NCBI GenBank assembly: GCA_041687875.1
Contig: JBDNJH010000190.1
Location: forward strand, 1-46,020
Origin: Flavobacteriales bacterium
GTDB taxonomy: Bacteria; Bacteroidota; Bacteroidia; UBA10329
DNA length: 46,020 nucleotides
Reading direction: 5' to 3'
Shown here: one piece after another, positions 9,376 through 18,900 of the stretch
Position numbering within the stretch: the stretch's first letter is position 1
Layout of the letters: the number at the start of each line of letters is the position of its first letter
The notes under the pieces: model-generated
What the model saw: the letters and a program-made list of their open reading frames with translations, nothing else
Database searches by the model: none
What the model was told of the DNA's origin: nothing
Translations under genes and position numbers: made by a program

Positions 9376-11570
9376 CAGTTGCCTTTCACCATCCTTCTTG
9401 TTTCAATGGTCTTGCCGTCCACTATCAGGCTGTAGGTATAGACACCTGCGGCAAGCCCTTTAGGTTGGATGGTGACAGATGCATTACCTCGGTCGGAAAG
9501 TATGACCTCTTTGATCACCTGCCCTGCATTGTCATAGAACACCATGGTCGCCACCTTCACCGATCTTGGAAGGTAGAAGCCGATTAATGTCTCCTCAGTG
9601 AAGGGGTTCGGGCGGTTCTGATAGAGGATGGCCCCGTCCGCAGAACCAAGTTCCACCACGGTGGTACGCACCTCCACCTGTCCAGATTCGTCAAGCCGCA
9701 TGTTTGCTCCCGTGGCGCAGCATTGCTCCAGCAGACCTTGCATCTGTGCAAGAGACCCCTCCAATAGATTAATCCGACCCGTCAATCCCTCGATGGTGTC
9801 CTGTTGTTCCTGAACGGCTTTAACCAAAGGAACGACAAATTGAGCGTAGGATAGAGCATATGAGTCGTTATCATGCTCAGGAACACTGACAAGAGAAGTT
9901 ACAAATCCACTTTGCATTGCCGCTTCTTCAACTTCCTGAGCAATGAATCCCGCGTGGACCATAGACGTGGATGGGGCAAAATCAGCAATGTCCTGCGGTA
10001 GTCCTAAACCTGTGGTATCCAATGGTTGAGGCATTTGTTCACGCAGAAAGGCATCCAATTCCTGTGTATTCATCTGATAAGTGACGGGGCGTAAGCGCAT
10101 AATGAAGTCTAACCCACTTACATCTTCGTTCACATTGAACTTGAATCGTCCGTCACTAGAAGTCCAAAGTCCTGAAGTATTGTAACAACCAGTGACGGAC
10201 GCATTACCAAATTGCATTCGGTTAGCGGCAGTAACTACCGCTCCTCTTCCGATAGCGGTGGCATTGGTATAATTCCCATTGGCATCTGCCTGATATCCTA
10301 GGAAGGTATTGTAGGAACCTGTGGCGTAGGAGTCTCCCGTCTGATATCCGATAGCCGTATTTCCAGCCCCTGTGGTGTTTGACACCCCTGCGTTGTTACC
10401 AAGAAGCACATTATAGCTGCCAGTGGTAGTGTTCTGTCCCGACTGATGACCCGTGAAGAGATTATGTTGTCCGGTGGTGTTGAAGCGACCAGCATGGTAG
10501 CCGAGAAAGGTGTTGTACCATGCGGTGGTATTGGACATGCCACTCAGATAGCCCACCATGGTGCAATGTGTCCCACTTATGTTGTTGCTTCCCGCGCCTG
10601 CGCCAACAAATACATTGAGAGTGCCTATTGTGTTCGATGGGCCAGTGTTATAGCCAATATACGTGTTCAACTGTCCCCCGGGTGTTGTGCTCTGTCCCGC
10701 TCTCCCCCCATAGAAGGTATTATAACTATAGCTACTGGCCCCTTGACCACCTGCCTGATATCCTGTAACCGTATTGTAGCTTCCTGTTGCATTTCCCTTT
10801 CCTGATTGATAACCGATGAAAGTATTCTCCACACCTGATGTGTTTCCATGCCCAGCCTCGTGACCGAGGAAGATATTATTGTCGGCAACATTATTATACC
10901 CAGCACCTGAACCTATAGCTATGTTTTCGCGGTTGGTAAGTCCCGAATATCCCGATTCGTAGCCCAGGTAGCAATTATCATGTCCAACAGTACTTTGATA
11001 TCCTGAATTCATACCAAGGAAACAATTATTGGATCCAGCGTCTTGAAATCGACCACTGTTGTATCCCAAAAACGTGTTCCTAAGGGACTTGTAGCCCCCT
11101 GAGCCTGAATTTGACCCTACAAAAGTGTTATAAATCCCATCGTGGTTAAGCAGACCAGCGTTTGCTCCAACAAAGACATTGTTTCCTCCAGCCCCGTTAT
11201 TATTTCCTGCATTTTTACCTAAAAATGTATTATAAGACGCACCGTTAATTCCTTGCCCTGCACCATTGCCAAGTAAGGTGTTTTCCGTACCCGTCATGGT
11301 ACTGTTTCCTGCATTTACACCTACAAAAATATTGTTCGTATTTCCATCGTGCCAGAGAATGCGCTGTCCTGCAATGAGATATGCTCTAGAGCTAGTGCTG
11401 ACGTTTATGTCTCCTCCCACCACTTCCAATAGATTAACCGGGGTTAAAGTGCCAATGCCAACATTTCCTGGGCCAGGAGCTGGAAAAATGTTCTGTGAGT
11501 TGGCGTTAGATGGAACGAGACAGGAGACTGTAATAGTCATTTTAATGGTGAAGAGGATTGCCTTTTTCAT
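9375..11570 (-). CDS. Tail-fibre-domain protein: beta-helix repeats + Peptidase_S74-like intramolecular chaperone domain + T9SS type-A sorting domain
   Basis: 731 aa with a signal peptide and ~22 repeats of NTFxGxxAGxxNTTG type. The SSDGRFKFN...AGFIAQEVEE...LSYAQFVVPLVKAVQEQQ block lies at ~9800-10160. The C-terminus is ...YQNRPNPF...GVYTYSLIVDGK... (9378-9632). Confidence 0.8.
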   Translation of the reverse strand: MKKAILFTIKMTITVSCLVPSNANSQNIFPAPGPGNVGIGTLTPVNLLEVVGGDINVSTSSRAYLIAGQRILWHDGNTNNIFVGVNAGNSTMTGTENTLLGNGAGQGINGASYNTFLGKNAGNNNGAGGNNVFVGANAGLLNHDGIYNTFVGSNSGSGGYKSLRNTFLGYNSGRFQDAGSNNCFLGMNSGYQSTVGHDNCYLGYESGYSGLTNRENIAIGSGAGYNNVADNNIFLGHEAGHGNTSGVENTFIGYQSGKGNATGSYNTVTGYQAGGQGASSYSYNTFYGGRAGQSTTPGGQLNTYIGYNTGPSNTIGTLNVFVGAGAGSNNISGTHCTMVGYLSGMSNTTAWYNTFLGYHAGRFNTTGQHNLFTGHQSGQNTTTGSYNVLLGNNAGVSNTTGAGNTAIGYQTGDSYATGSYNTFLGYQADANGNYTNATAIGRGAVVTAANRMQFGNASVTGCYNTSGLWTSSDGRFKFNVNEDVSGLDFIMRLRPVTYQMNTQELDAFLREQMPQPLDTTGLGLPQDIADFAPSTSMVHAGFIAQEVEEAAMQSGFVTSLVSVPEHDNDSYALSYAQFVVPLVKAVQEQQDTIEGLTGRINLLEGSLAQMQGLLEQCCATGANMRLDESGQVEVRTTVVELGSADGAILYQNRPNPFTEETLIGFYLPRSVKVATMVFYDNAGQVIKEVILSDRGNASVTIQPKGLAAGVYTYSLIVDGKTIETRRMVKGN
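9800..10160 (-). other. Peptidase_S74 / endosialidase-chaperone-like segment within the 731-aa protein
   Basis: The S-S-D-G-R-F-K motif is encoded at 10160-10140. It is followed by a conserved-looking AGFIAQEV helix and a C-terminal LVKAxQEQ helix. Confidence 0.6.
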
Positions 11571-11650
11571 GATGCTTTTGGTTTAGAATTGGAGGCCCTT
11601 GAAAGTAATGAAAAAGAAACTAAAGCCTGACCATCAGATCACGTTTATTC

Positions 11651-13147
11651 TCAAACCTCCACTTTTAGGAGGAACCACGAAAGCCCCGCGTAAGTGAGAA
11701 GGAACAGCACGTTCAGTCCTAGTCCGTAAGGCATTTCGGAAACACCGAGCACCACACTCGCCCCATAGAGCAGGACAGCACCTCCAACCATGCCAAAGAG
11801 TTTCCCCAATTCGTAAGGAACCGGATAGTATTTTCTTCCCAGCAGATAGGACGCTACCATCATGGAACCGTAACAGGCAAAGGTGGCCCAAGCCGAAGCC
11901 ATGTAACCGTATTTGGGGATGAAAAGCAGGTTGATGGCGATGGTAATGACTGCCCCAAAAATGGCCAATCCGGCACCGTGCGAGGTCTTCTCCGTGAGTT
12001 TGTACCACACCGATTGATTGTAGTAGATGCCGAGGAAGATGTTTGCCATCAGGAGAATTGGAACAACCTTCAGTCCGACCCAATACTCCTCGTTCGGAAT
12101 AAAGTATTTGAAGAGGTCGATGTAGAGCATTACGAAGAGGAAGGTTCCAGCCAGTATCCACACGAAGTAGGTCATTATTTTGGCGTACAGCTCCTTGCTA
12201 CCTGCTTCTTTCTCTTGCGAGAAGAAGAACGGCTCGGCTGCATAGCGGAACGCCTGTATCATCAACGAAATAACGATGGAGAGTTTGTAGCAGGCACCGT
12301 AAACTCCCAACTGATACATGGCTCCATCTTGCCCAAGAATGGGATAGAGGATGCGTTTTAGCATCACGCGGTCAAACATCTCGTTCATCATTCCAGCCAA
12401 TCCGGCAACGAGCAGTGGAAGAGAGTAAATGAGCATGGGTTTCAGCAAGCTCCACTGTGGTTTAGTGAGTCCGCGAAGCATGGTTGACCCCAGCAGAAGG
12501 AACTTCACAATGCTGGCAATAAGGTTGGCAATAAAAACGTAGCCTACGCCCGTTCCAGCATCGTAAAAGGTATCGGTAAACCAATTGCCACCACCTTCGG
12601 CAACAAGCGGTAGGCAGTAGCGAAGAAAGAACACATTGAGACCAATGTTTACCAGCACATTGGCGATGTTGATACCAGCAAAGGTCTTGGCCTTGTTCTC
12701 CGAACGTAGCCGCGCCAAGGGTATGGACGATACCGCATCTAACCCTACAATAATGGCAAACCACACCACATATTCCTTATTGTCGGGATAGAGCAACCAC
12801 TCGGCAATAGGCTGCGCGAAGATGATAGCCATGAGGATAAACACCGCTGTGCTGCTCGCCAACGAACTCAATATGGTAGAGAAAACGGTCTTCGATTCAT
12901 GTTCCTCCTTGGTGGAAAAACGGAAAAAGGCCGTTTCCATACCATACGTCAATAGAATGATGAGAAAAGCGACATAGGCATACATTTCGGTAATAACCCC
13001 GTACTGCTGCGGCACAAACACCACCGTATGCAAAGGCACGAGGAGGTAATTAAGAAAGCGCGCCACAATGGAACTGAGTCCATAGATGGCGGTCTGACCT
13101 GCTAGCTTTTTAAGGATTGACAAGGTTTTTTCTGTTGCATTCCTCAA
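11651..13147 (-). CDS. Oligosaccharide flippase family (MOP/Wzx-type polysaccharide biosynthesis) membrane protein
   Basis: 498 aa, hydrophobic throughout (about 12-14 TM segments). The N-terminus is ...QTAIYGLSSIVARFLNYLLVPLHT. The only in-frame start near the N-terminus is TTG at 13145-13147. Confidence 0.8.
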   Translation of the reverse strand: MRNATEKTLSILKKLAGQTAIYGLSSIVARFLNYLLVPLHTVVFVPQQYGVITEMYAYVAFLIILLTYGMETAFFRFSTKEEHESKTVFSTILSSLASSTAVFILMAIIFAQPIAEWLLYPDNKEYVVWFAIIVGLDAVSSIPLARLRSENKAKTFAGINIANVLVNIGLNVFFLRYCLPLVAEGGGNWFTDTFYDAGTGVGYVFIANLIASIVKFLLLGSTMLRGLTKPQWSLLKPMLIYSLPLLVAGLAGMMNEMFDRVMLKRILYPILGQDGAMYQLGVYGACYKLSIVISLMIQAFRYAAEPFFFSQEKEAGSKELYAKIMTYFVWILAGTFLFVMLYIDLFKYFIPNEEYWVGLKVVPILLMANIFLGIYYNQSVWYKLTEKTSHGAGLAIFGAVITIAINLLFIPKYGYMASAWATFACYGSMMVASYLLGRKYYPVPYELGKLFGMVGGAVLLYGASVVLGVSEMPYGLGLNVLFLLTYAGLSWFLLKVEV

Positions 13148-13409
13148 CCCAAAAATGGGCAGCGGATTGTGCTGTGCAAATTAAAGAATGTTAAAAGTGA
13201 AATAGCGAGCAGCGACCATGGAATAGTGAACAAGGTAGGGGGCAAAGGCAATACGCACTCAGTACAACTGCCCTGAGCTTGAATTTTCTGTCAAATGTTC
13301 TTATTGTTTCTGTCATCTGTGGCATATAACCAGTATGACTTAACCTACCGCCAACTTAACGGTAGTAGGTCTAAACCGTCTGAGTAGAAATCAATCCGTT
13401 AAGCACTCC

Positions 13410-14789
13410 CTATTGAACGGTTTCCCCCGAAGGCCGCGCTGCTACGGTATACCAAGACTCCCTCAGCCGCGTAATCCCCATAATGCCAACCCCAAACTCA
13501 GCGTGCATAGTCATATTCGGATTGCCGCGGTAGTCCTGCATAAAGCCAATGGGCAGTTCGGTAATCTCTTCCCATTCCATCAACGCCTCGTCTTCCAGCG
13601 TCAAAAGTGTTTTATTCTTAAATAAATCAGGCGATGCGTTTAGCACCTTACTGGATTCCTCCCATCGGTGCACCGGAAGAACAGCATCCACCACCAAAGC
13701 ACCTGAATAAAGCAACGGTCCTCCGCCAAATAATATAAAGGCGAAATACTTATCTATGCTCAATGCCTTATACAGTATCACCGGGCGGTAAAACAGCACG
13801 GCAGCAATCAGGCAGAACATGATATAAAACGCCCAGCCATCAATGGGTAAGTGAGCGTCCAATGTGAGGCCCATTATAAAGGCAGGCGAAACAAATACAG
13901 ATATCATAAGCAAGGTCAAGCTCCAATGCCACGAGTGGTGCGAATAATCCTTGGCAGATGCCTTCGGAAACCTGACCCCCGTTCGCTTGGCTAGTGAAGA
14001 GACGGCCGTTGCCGTAAGCTCCCTCCGTTTGGGCTCTAATGGAAACTGGTTGAGCAAATAGCAAGTGTGTGCAAATAAGCTTGGTTCATGCTTGTAAAAC
14101 TCCGCTGGTCGTTCCACAAAATTCTCCATACAAACCGCAAAAAACTCGTGCATATTTGTTTTACCATAAGCACGAATAAAACGGTAGTCCGATGTAGCTT
14201 TTGCAACCTCAGCCTCCTTTAACCAAGTGTTGAGGTAAAATGCAAAGCGTTCTTTAGACGGAGAGCCTTTCACCGTATCAATTTTAAGCGCATGCGCCAT
14301 TTCATGCACCGCCAAATACAGTCCATCCTCCTCATTTTCTATTCCAGAAAGCACACTGTCCCAAGCCAGATACATGGTGCCATTTTCGGATGTCAACCCT
14401 GTGGTCTGCTGCTTTATCATAGGCGTGTAAAACGCACCCGAAGCAATATGTATGGTGTGCAAAATTGGAATTAGATAACTCTCAAATCCGAAGGTGAGTT
14501 TTACCGCAGCAAAGGCCACGGTAAGTTTCATTTCCATGGTTACATCTAAACCATGCCCAACAAATTTCTTGCTACTGGCAAACGCCACTACCCTATTTAT
14601 GGTTTTAGCTTTCATATCGGGCGAAAGCTCTCTATAAAACGCAGAACGCTTAGCCAGTAACAGACTGTATGTTTCAAACTCTGACCGAGAGATTCGCGTG
14701 CGCCATTTCAGGCGATTAAAGAAGAAATCCCGAGCCATTTCCAATGGCCCAGTCTCTTCAAAAGCTATGCGTTGTGATTCTTGTTTCAT
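13410..14789 (-). CDS. MtfA-like zinc peptidase (M90) domain fused to a C-terminal multi-TM region and a ~100-aa tail
   Basis: The N-terminal ~260 aa carry VHEMAHAL (HExxH) and NMHEFFAVCMENFVERP. They are followed by hydrophobic segments (WSLTLLMISVFVSPAFIMGL, WAFYIMFCLIAAVLFY, FAFILFGGGPLLYSGALVV) and a soluble tail. Confidence 0.65.
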   Translation of the reverse strand: MKQESQRIAFEETGPLEMARDFFFNRLKWRTRISRSEFETYSLLLAKRSAFYRELSPDMKAKTINRVVAFASSKKFVGHGLDVTMEMKLTVAFAAVKLTFGFESYLIPILHTIHIASGAFYTPMIKQQTTGLTSENGTMYLAWDSVLSGIENEEDGLYLAVHEMAHALKIDTVKGSPSKERFAFYLNTWLKEAEVAKATSDYRFIRAYGKTNMHEFFAVCMENFVERPAEFYKHEPSLFAHTCYLLNQFPLEPKRRELTATAVSSLAKRTGVRFPKASAKDYSHHSWHWSLTLLMISVFVSPAFIMGLTLDAHLPIDGWAFYIMFCLIAAVLFYRPVILYKALSIDKYFAFILFGGGPLLYSGALVVDAVLPVHRWEESSKVLNASPDLFKNKTLLTLEDEALMEWEEITELPIGFMQDYRGNPNMTMHAEFGVGIMGITRLRESWYTVAARPSGETVQ

Positions 14790-14946
14790 GCAGCAATCAG
14801 AATACCATTTGCATTAAGAAAAGCGTTCTAATACTACTGCTAAAATAAGCGTTGCCTTCAAAAGATGTAGCGTTGTCTATGCGTGCACAACGCAATCTAT
14901 CTCGCACTTGCTACAAACGACTATTCACTATGCCTTAAACAAGCAC

Positions 14947-14980
14947 AAAAAAAAGCCTGAGCAACTTGCTCAGGCTTTTT
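14947..14980 (-). terminator. Rho-independent terminator (symmetrical, A-run/stem/T-run) ending the giant-adhesin/sprF-like operon
   Basis: The sequence is aaaaaaaAGCCTGAGCAActTTGCTCAGGCTtttt: a 10-bp perfect stem with a 3-nt loop. On the minus strand it is followed by 8 T. It lies 26 nt downstream of the stop at 15002. Confidence 0.75.
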
Positions 14981-15001
14981 CATTCAAATCATTAGAACGT
15001 C

Positions 15002-15949
15002 TTATTCCGAATCTCCCGCAGGGGCAGTGTCTGGACTTTCGGTGGCCACTTTCTTCCAAGGCCTAAAGCGGACGCCAACCATCATTTCGTGCGTTCCGTT
15101 AGAGTAGTTTCTGAGGTTAGAAGTGGCCATGTCGTAGCTGTAAGCAAACACAAGAAAGTCTTTATACGCCAATCCACCCATGAACGAAACAGCATCGTCA
15201 TGCCGGTATGAAGCACCAATCCAGAACTGATCTCTCCAATCCAATTTCAATCCCGCATCAAACTGCGGTGGTGCTGGAAATACGTACTTCAGGAGCAAAT
15301 TCGGCTGAATACCGAAATCGCCCACGTGGAAGGTATAACCGCCCATGAGCATGTAGTGTCTAGCCAACCTGCTGTCTGGATTGTCCTGATTTTCGAGGAA
15401 TTTCAACTCATTGCCAATAAGCTGTGGCAAGGAGATTCCCACATTGAAGTTCTTATGTTTCAGGTTCAATCCGAAGGTTGCATCGGCTGTGTAAACCGTC
15501 ATCATTTGATTTGGGAACACGGGATCACCGTTATCGTAGAGGGTTACTTTTGTTCCATCAATACGGTACTGAAGGAGTCCGAAACTCAATCCCATTCCCA
15601 ACTTTAGAGACTTACTCAGTTTGAGGTGATAGGCATATGACAGGTAAAAACCCACACGGCTTGTTGGCCCCGTAATATCGGCAAACACCGAACCTCCCAT
15701 TCCCATGTTCTGTTTCTTAAATGGGCCGTGTGCCGAAAGGATAAAGGTTCTTGGCGCATCGGTAATTCCTACCCATTGCAGTCGGTTGTTCGATTTGACT
15801 TCCCAATAGTCGTGCTGCCCCGTGGTAGCAGGATTCAGTATATAGTCGTTGAGCATATACTGACTGTATTGAGGAATCTGCTGACCAAAGGAGGCCAGCG
15901 AGAATCCAACAAAGAGGGTTGATATGCATAGAATTCTCTTCATGATCAT
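15002..15949 (-). CDS. PorP/SprF-family type IX secretion system membrane protein
   Basis: 315 aa with a signal peptide then QQIPQYSQYMLNDYILNPATTG, the family N-terminal motif. The remainder is beta-barrel-like with alternating pattern. The start overlaps the giant gene stop as ATGA. Confidence 0.85.
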   Translation of the reverse strand: MIMKRILCISTLFVGFSLASFGQQIPQYSQYMLNDYILNPATTGQHDYWEVKSNNRLQWVGITDAPRTFILSAHGPFKKQNMGMGGSVFADITGPTSRVGFYLSYAYHLKLSKSLKLGMGLSFGLLQYRIDGTKVTLYDNGDPVFPNQMMTVYTADATFGLNLKHKNFNVGISLPQLIGNELKFLENQDNPDSRLARHYMLMGGYTFHVGDFGIQPNLLLKYVFPAPPQFDAGLKLDWRDQFWIGASYRHDDAVSFMGGLAYKDFLVFAYSYDMATSNLRNYSNGTHEMMVGVRFRPWKKVATESPDTAPAGDSE

Positions 15950-18900
15950 CTAATAATAGTGATTGGTCCTGTGAACGGCTCCGCGAAATTGGCTGAGTAG
16001 ATCACGTAGTAGTATGTTCCAACAGGAAGGTCTTCGCCTTTAAATCGACCATCCCATGGCACAGGATAGCCCGGTGCCGACTGGAACAGCATCTGTCCCC
16101 ATCTGTTGTACACTTCCACAATGGCATCTTCAAACAATTGAATGTTGTCAATTCTCCAAGTATCGTTTATACCATCCCCGTTAGGCGAGATACCATCGGG
16201 GAATAGTATTCCTGGTGTTACCTCAACAAGAACCGAATCGGTGTTTGTACATCCGTTCTCATCCGTAACAGTCACATAGAACATCGTTGTTCCATCAGGC
16301 CGAGCCGTTGGGTTGGTAATGCTCGAATTGTCGAGGAATTCCGCTGGTTCCCAACTATAAGTCCATCCCGTTACCACTCCGTTTGCGTTCAATCCAATAG
16401 AACCACCAGTTGGAATTAACAGATTGTTTCCCGCATCAACTGGAGGATTGTTGTAAGTGTAGATGGTAACAGAATCAACAGCCACGCAGTTTCCGATGCT
16501 TACGGTCAGATAATACGTAGTCGTATCTATTGGTGTAGCAATCGGGTCTGCAACAGCTGAATCGCTCAACGTGGCTGCTGGCGACCACAGGTAACTTCCG
16601 CCACCAGAACCATCTAAAAGAATCGGATTACCGATACAAACGGTATCCCCCAATCCAGCATCAGCAACGATGTTCACCAATGTTCCAATACTGTAAGAAG
16701 CAGTGATAGAACAACCGATAGCGTCTGTGATGACCACAGTGTAAGTACCGAACAGAACGCCTGTCAGGTCTTGCGTCTGAGCTCCTCCTGGAGACCAGTT
16801 GTAGGAGTATCCCGGAACGCCACCCACAACCGATAGGTCGATGGAGCCGTTGGAGATATTGCTACAGGTTGATGCTACGCTTGTTGCATTTGATACAATT
16901 GCCGGTGGACCATTGACCGTTGCACTTGCAAGAGCAGTACATCCATTGGCATCTGTTACCGTTGCAGTATATGTTCCAACACAAAGGTTAGTTCCCTGAC
17001 CACCTGGATCATTCCAAGTGATGACGTAAGGTGCAGTTCCTCCAACTGGAGTTGCTGTTCCAACACCATCACAATCCGTTCCGCAAGTCACATCTGTTGC
17101 GCTTGCAGATAAGGTCAGAGTAGCAGGCTCTGTAATAATTACGGACGCTTGAGTAACACAAGCTGGCGATTGAGAATCTGTTACCGTTACGGTATAACTT
17201 CCAGGAACAAGGCCAGTTGCCGTTTGCGTGTTCTGGAAGTTTGGATCATTCCACGAGTAAGTGTATGGTCCAACACCGCCATTGGCAAATGCTGTGGCCG
17301 TTCCATCTCCTGCACCGTTACACGATACGTTTGTGAAAATAGGAACCGTTGCAGTCAAAGCATTGTCTTGGTTGATAGTCGTTGAAGCCGTAGTCGTACA
17401 ACCAATATCATCCGTGATGGTTACTGTCCAAATTCCAACACAAAGATTTGTAGCTGTGCTGCTTGTTTGTACTGGATTCGTATTCCAAGAATATGTAAAC
17501 GGAGGAGTCCCACCTGATGGCGTAACCGTAGCTTCTCCGCTGCAATTGCCTGAGCAAAGAACCTGAGTCACAGAAGTGATGGCTGCCGTTAGAATTGGTG
17601 GCTCTGTCAAGTTAATGCTAGTTGTATCAGCACATCCTGAAGCATCCACTACAATCACGGTGTATTGTCCAGCACATAGTCCTGTGATTGTTGGCGTGGT
17701 CTGAAGTCCGGGCAACCAAAGAATGGTGTAGTTTGGAGTTCCACCTGTTGGTGTAACCGTCAATTCACCATCGCAAACACCACCACAAGTAGGATTCTGA
17801 ACCGCGACAAGCGCTTCAAGAACTGGTGGTTCGATAATGGTAATGCTCGTAGAATCTGAACAACCATTCGCATCCGTTACCACAACTTGGTAAGTTCCTG
17901 CACACAAGCCTGTAATGAACGGAGTTGTTGAGTTGTTTGCATCATCCCATGCGTAACCGTAAGGAGCTGTTCCACCTTGAACAAGCACGCCTGCAATTCC
18001 ATCGCACTGTCCGCCACACGTGATGTTTATTCCAGAATCCAAGAGCGTAAGCACGAGCGGTTCTGCAATAACAGTTGAGGCGGTTGCAGTACAACCAAGT
18101 GAGTCAGTCACTACCAATCCGTAAATGCCTGGGCAAAGACCAATCACCGTATCGTTTGCTGTTGAACCAGGATCATTCCATTGGTAGGTGTATGAACCTG
18201 TTCCACCAGTAGCAAGCGCAATTGCAGTACCATCGCAGTCTCCGAAACAGCTGACAGAAGTTGGTGTTATGGTGATGCTGATTGAATCCGGCTCGTTGAT
18301 GGTGACCGTAGTTGAATCGATACAACCCGCAGCATCCGTAGCTACAACGGTGTAAGTTCCAGCGCAAAGAGCAATAACCGTGTCGTTGGCTGTTGCGGAA
18401 GGATTGTTCCACAGATAGGTGAAAGCACCTGTTCCGCCAGAAGCAACAACCGTGGCTTCACCATCGCAAACTCCGTAGCACGAAGCATCAACAGTAGTTG
18501 TCACGAATGTAATTGCCGCTGGTTCAGAAATGGTTGCCGTTGCTTGCTGTGTACAACCATTGGCATCCGTAACTGTAACGGTGTATGTTCCAGCACACAA
18601 TCCTGTTTCCGCATCTGAGGTGCCTCCCGATGACCATAGGTATGTGTACGGAAGTGTGCCTCCGGAAGGAATAACAATGGCAGTTCCATCGCATGAACCC
18701 GAACAACTACTGTTCAACACAAACAGAATACTTGTTGAAATTGGGTTGGGGTCTTCCACTTCAATCTGTACCGTAGATTGGCAGCCATTGTCGCCAATAA
18801 CAGTTACGTAATAAATGCCGGCACATAGACCAGTGGCTGTTGTAGCTGTCTGGCCTGCAGGGTCGTCCCAGATAATTGTAAATGGTGCAACCCCTCCGCT

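Noticed and set aside
9375-11570. The tail-fibre domain might indicate a prophage or a contractile injection system.
   Set aside because: No capsid, terminase, portal, baseplate, sheath, integrase or lysis genes are nearby. The protein has a Sec signal peptide and a T9SS CTD, so it is a cellular secreted protein that borrows a phage-type domain.
11634-12764. ORFs 11634-12161 (-), 11978-12361 (+) and 12462-12764 (-) overlap the flippase gene.
   Set aside because: These are alternative frames of a well-supported 498-aa membrane protein. Their products are Arg/Cys/His-rich with no features.
14821-14894. Three direct copies of GCGTT and one inverted copy lie upstream of the M90 gene, including a GCGTTGT...ACAACGC 7-bp inverted repeat. 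They might form an operator.
   Set aside because: The motif is only 5-7 nt, the spacing is irregular (26 and 21 nt), and it cannot be distinguished from chance without comparative data.
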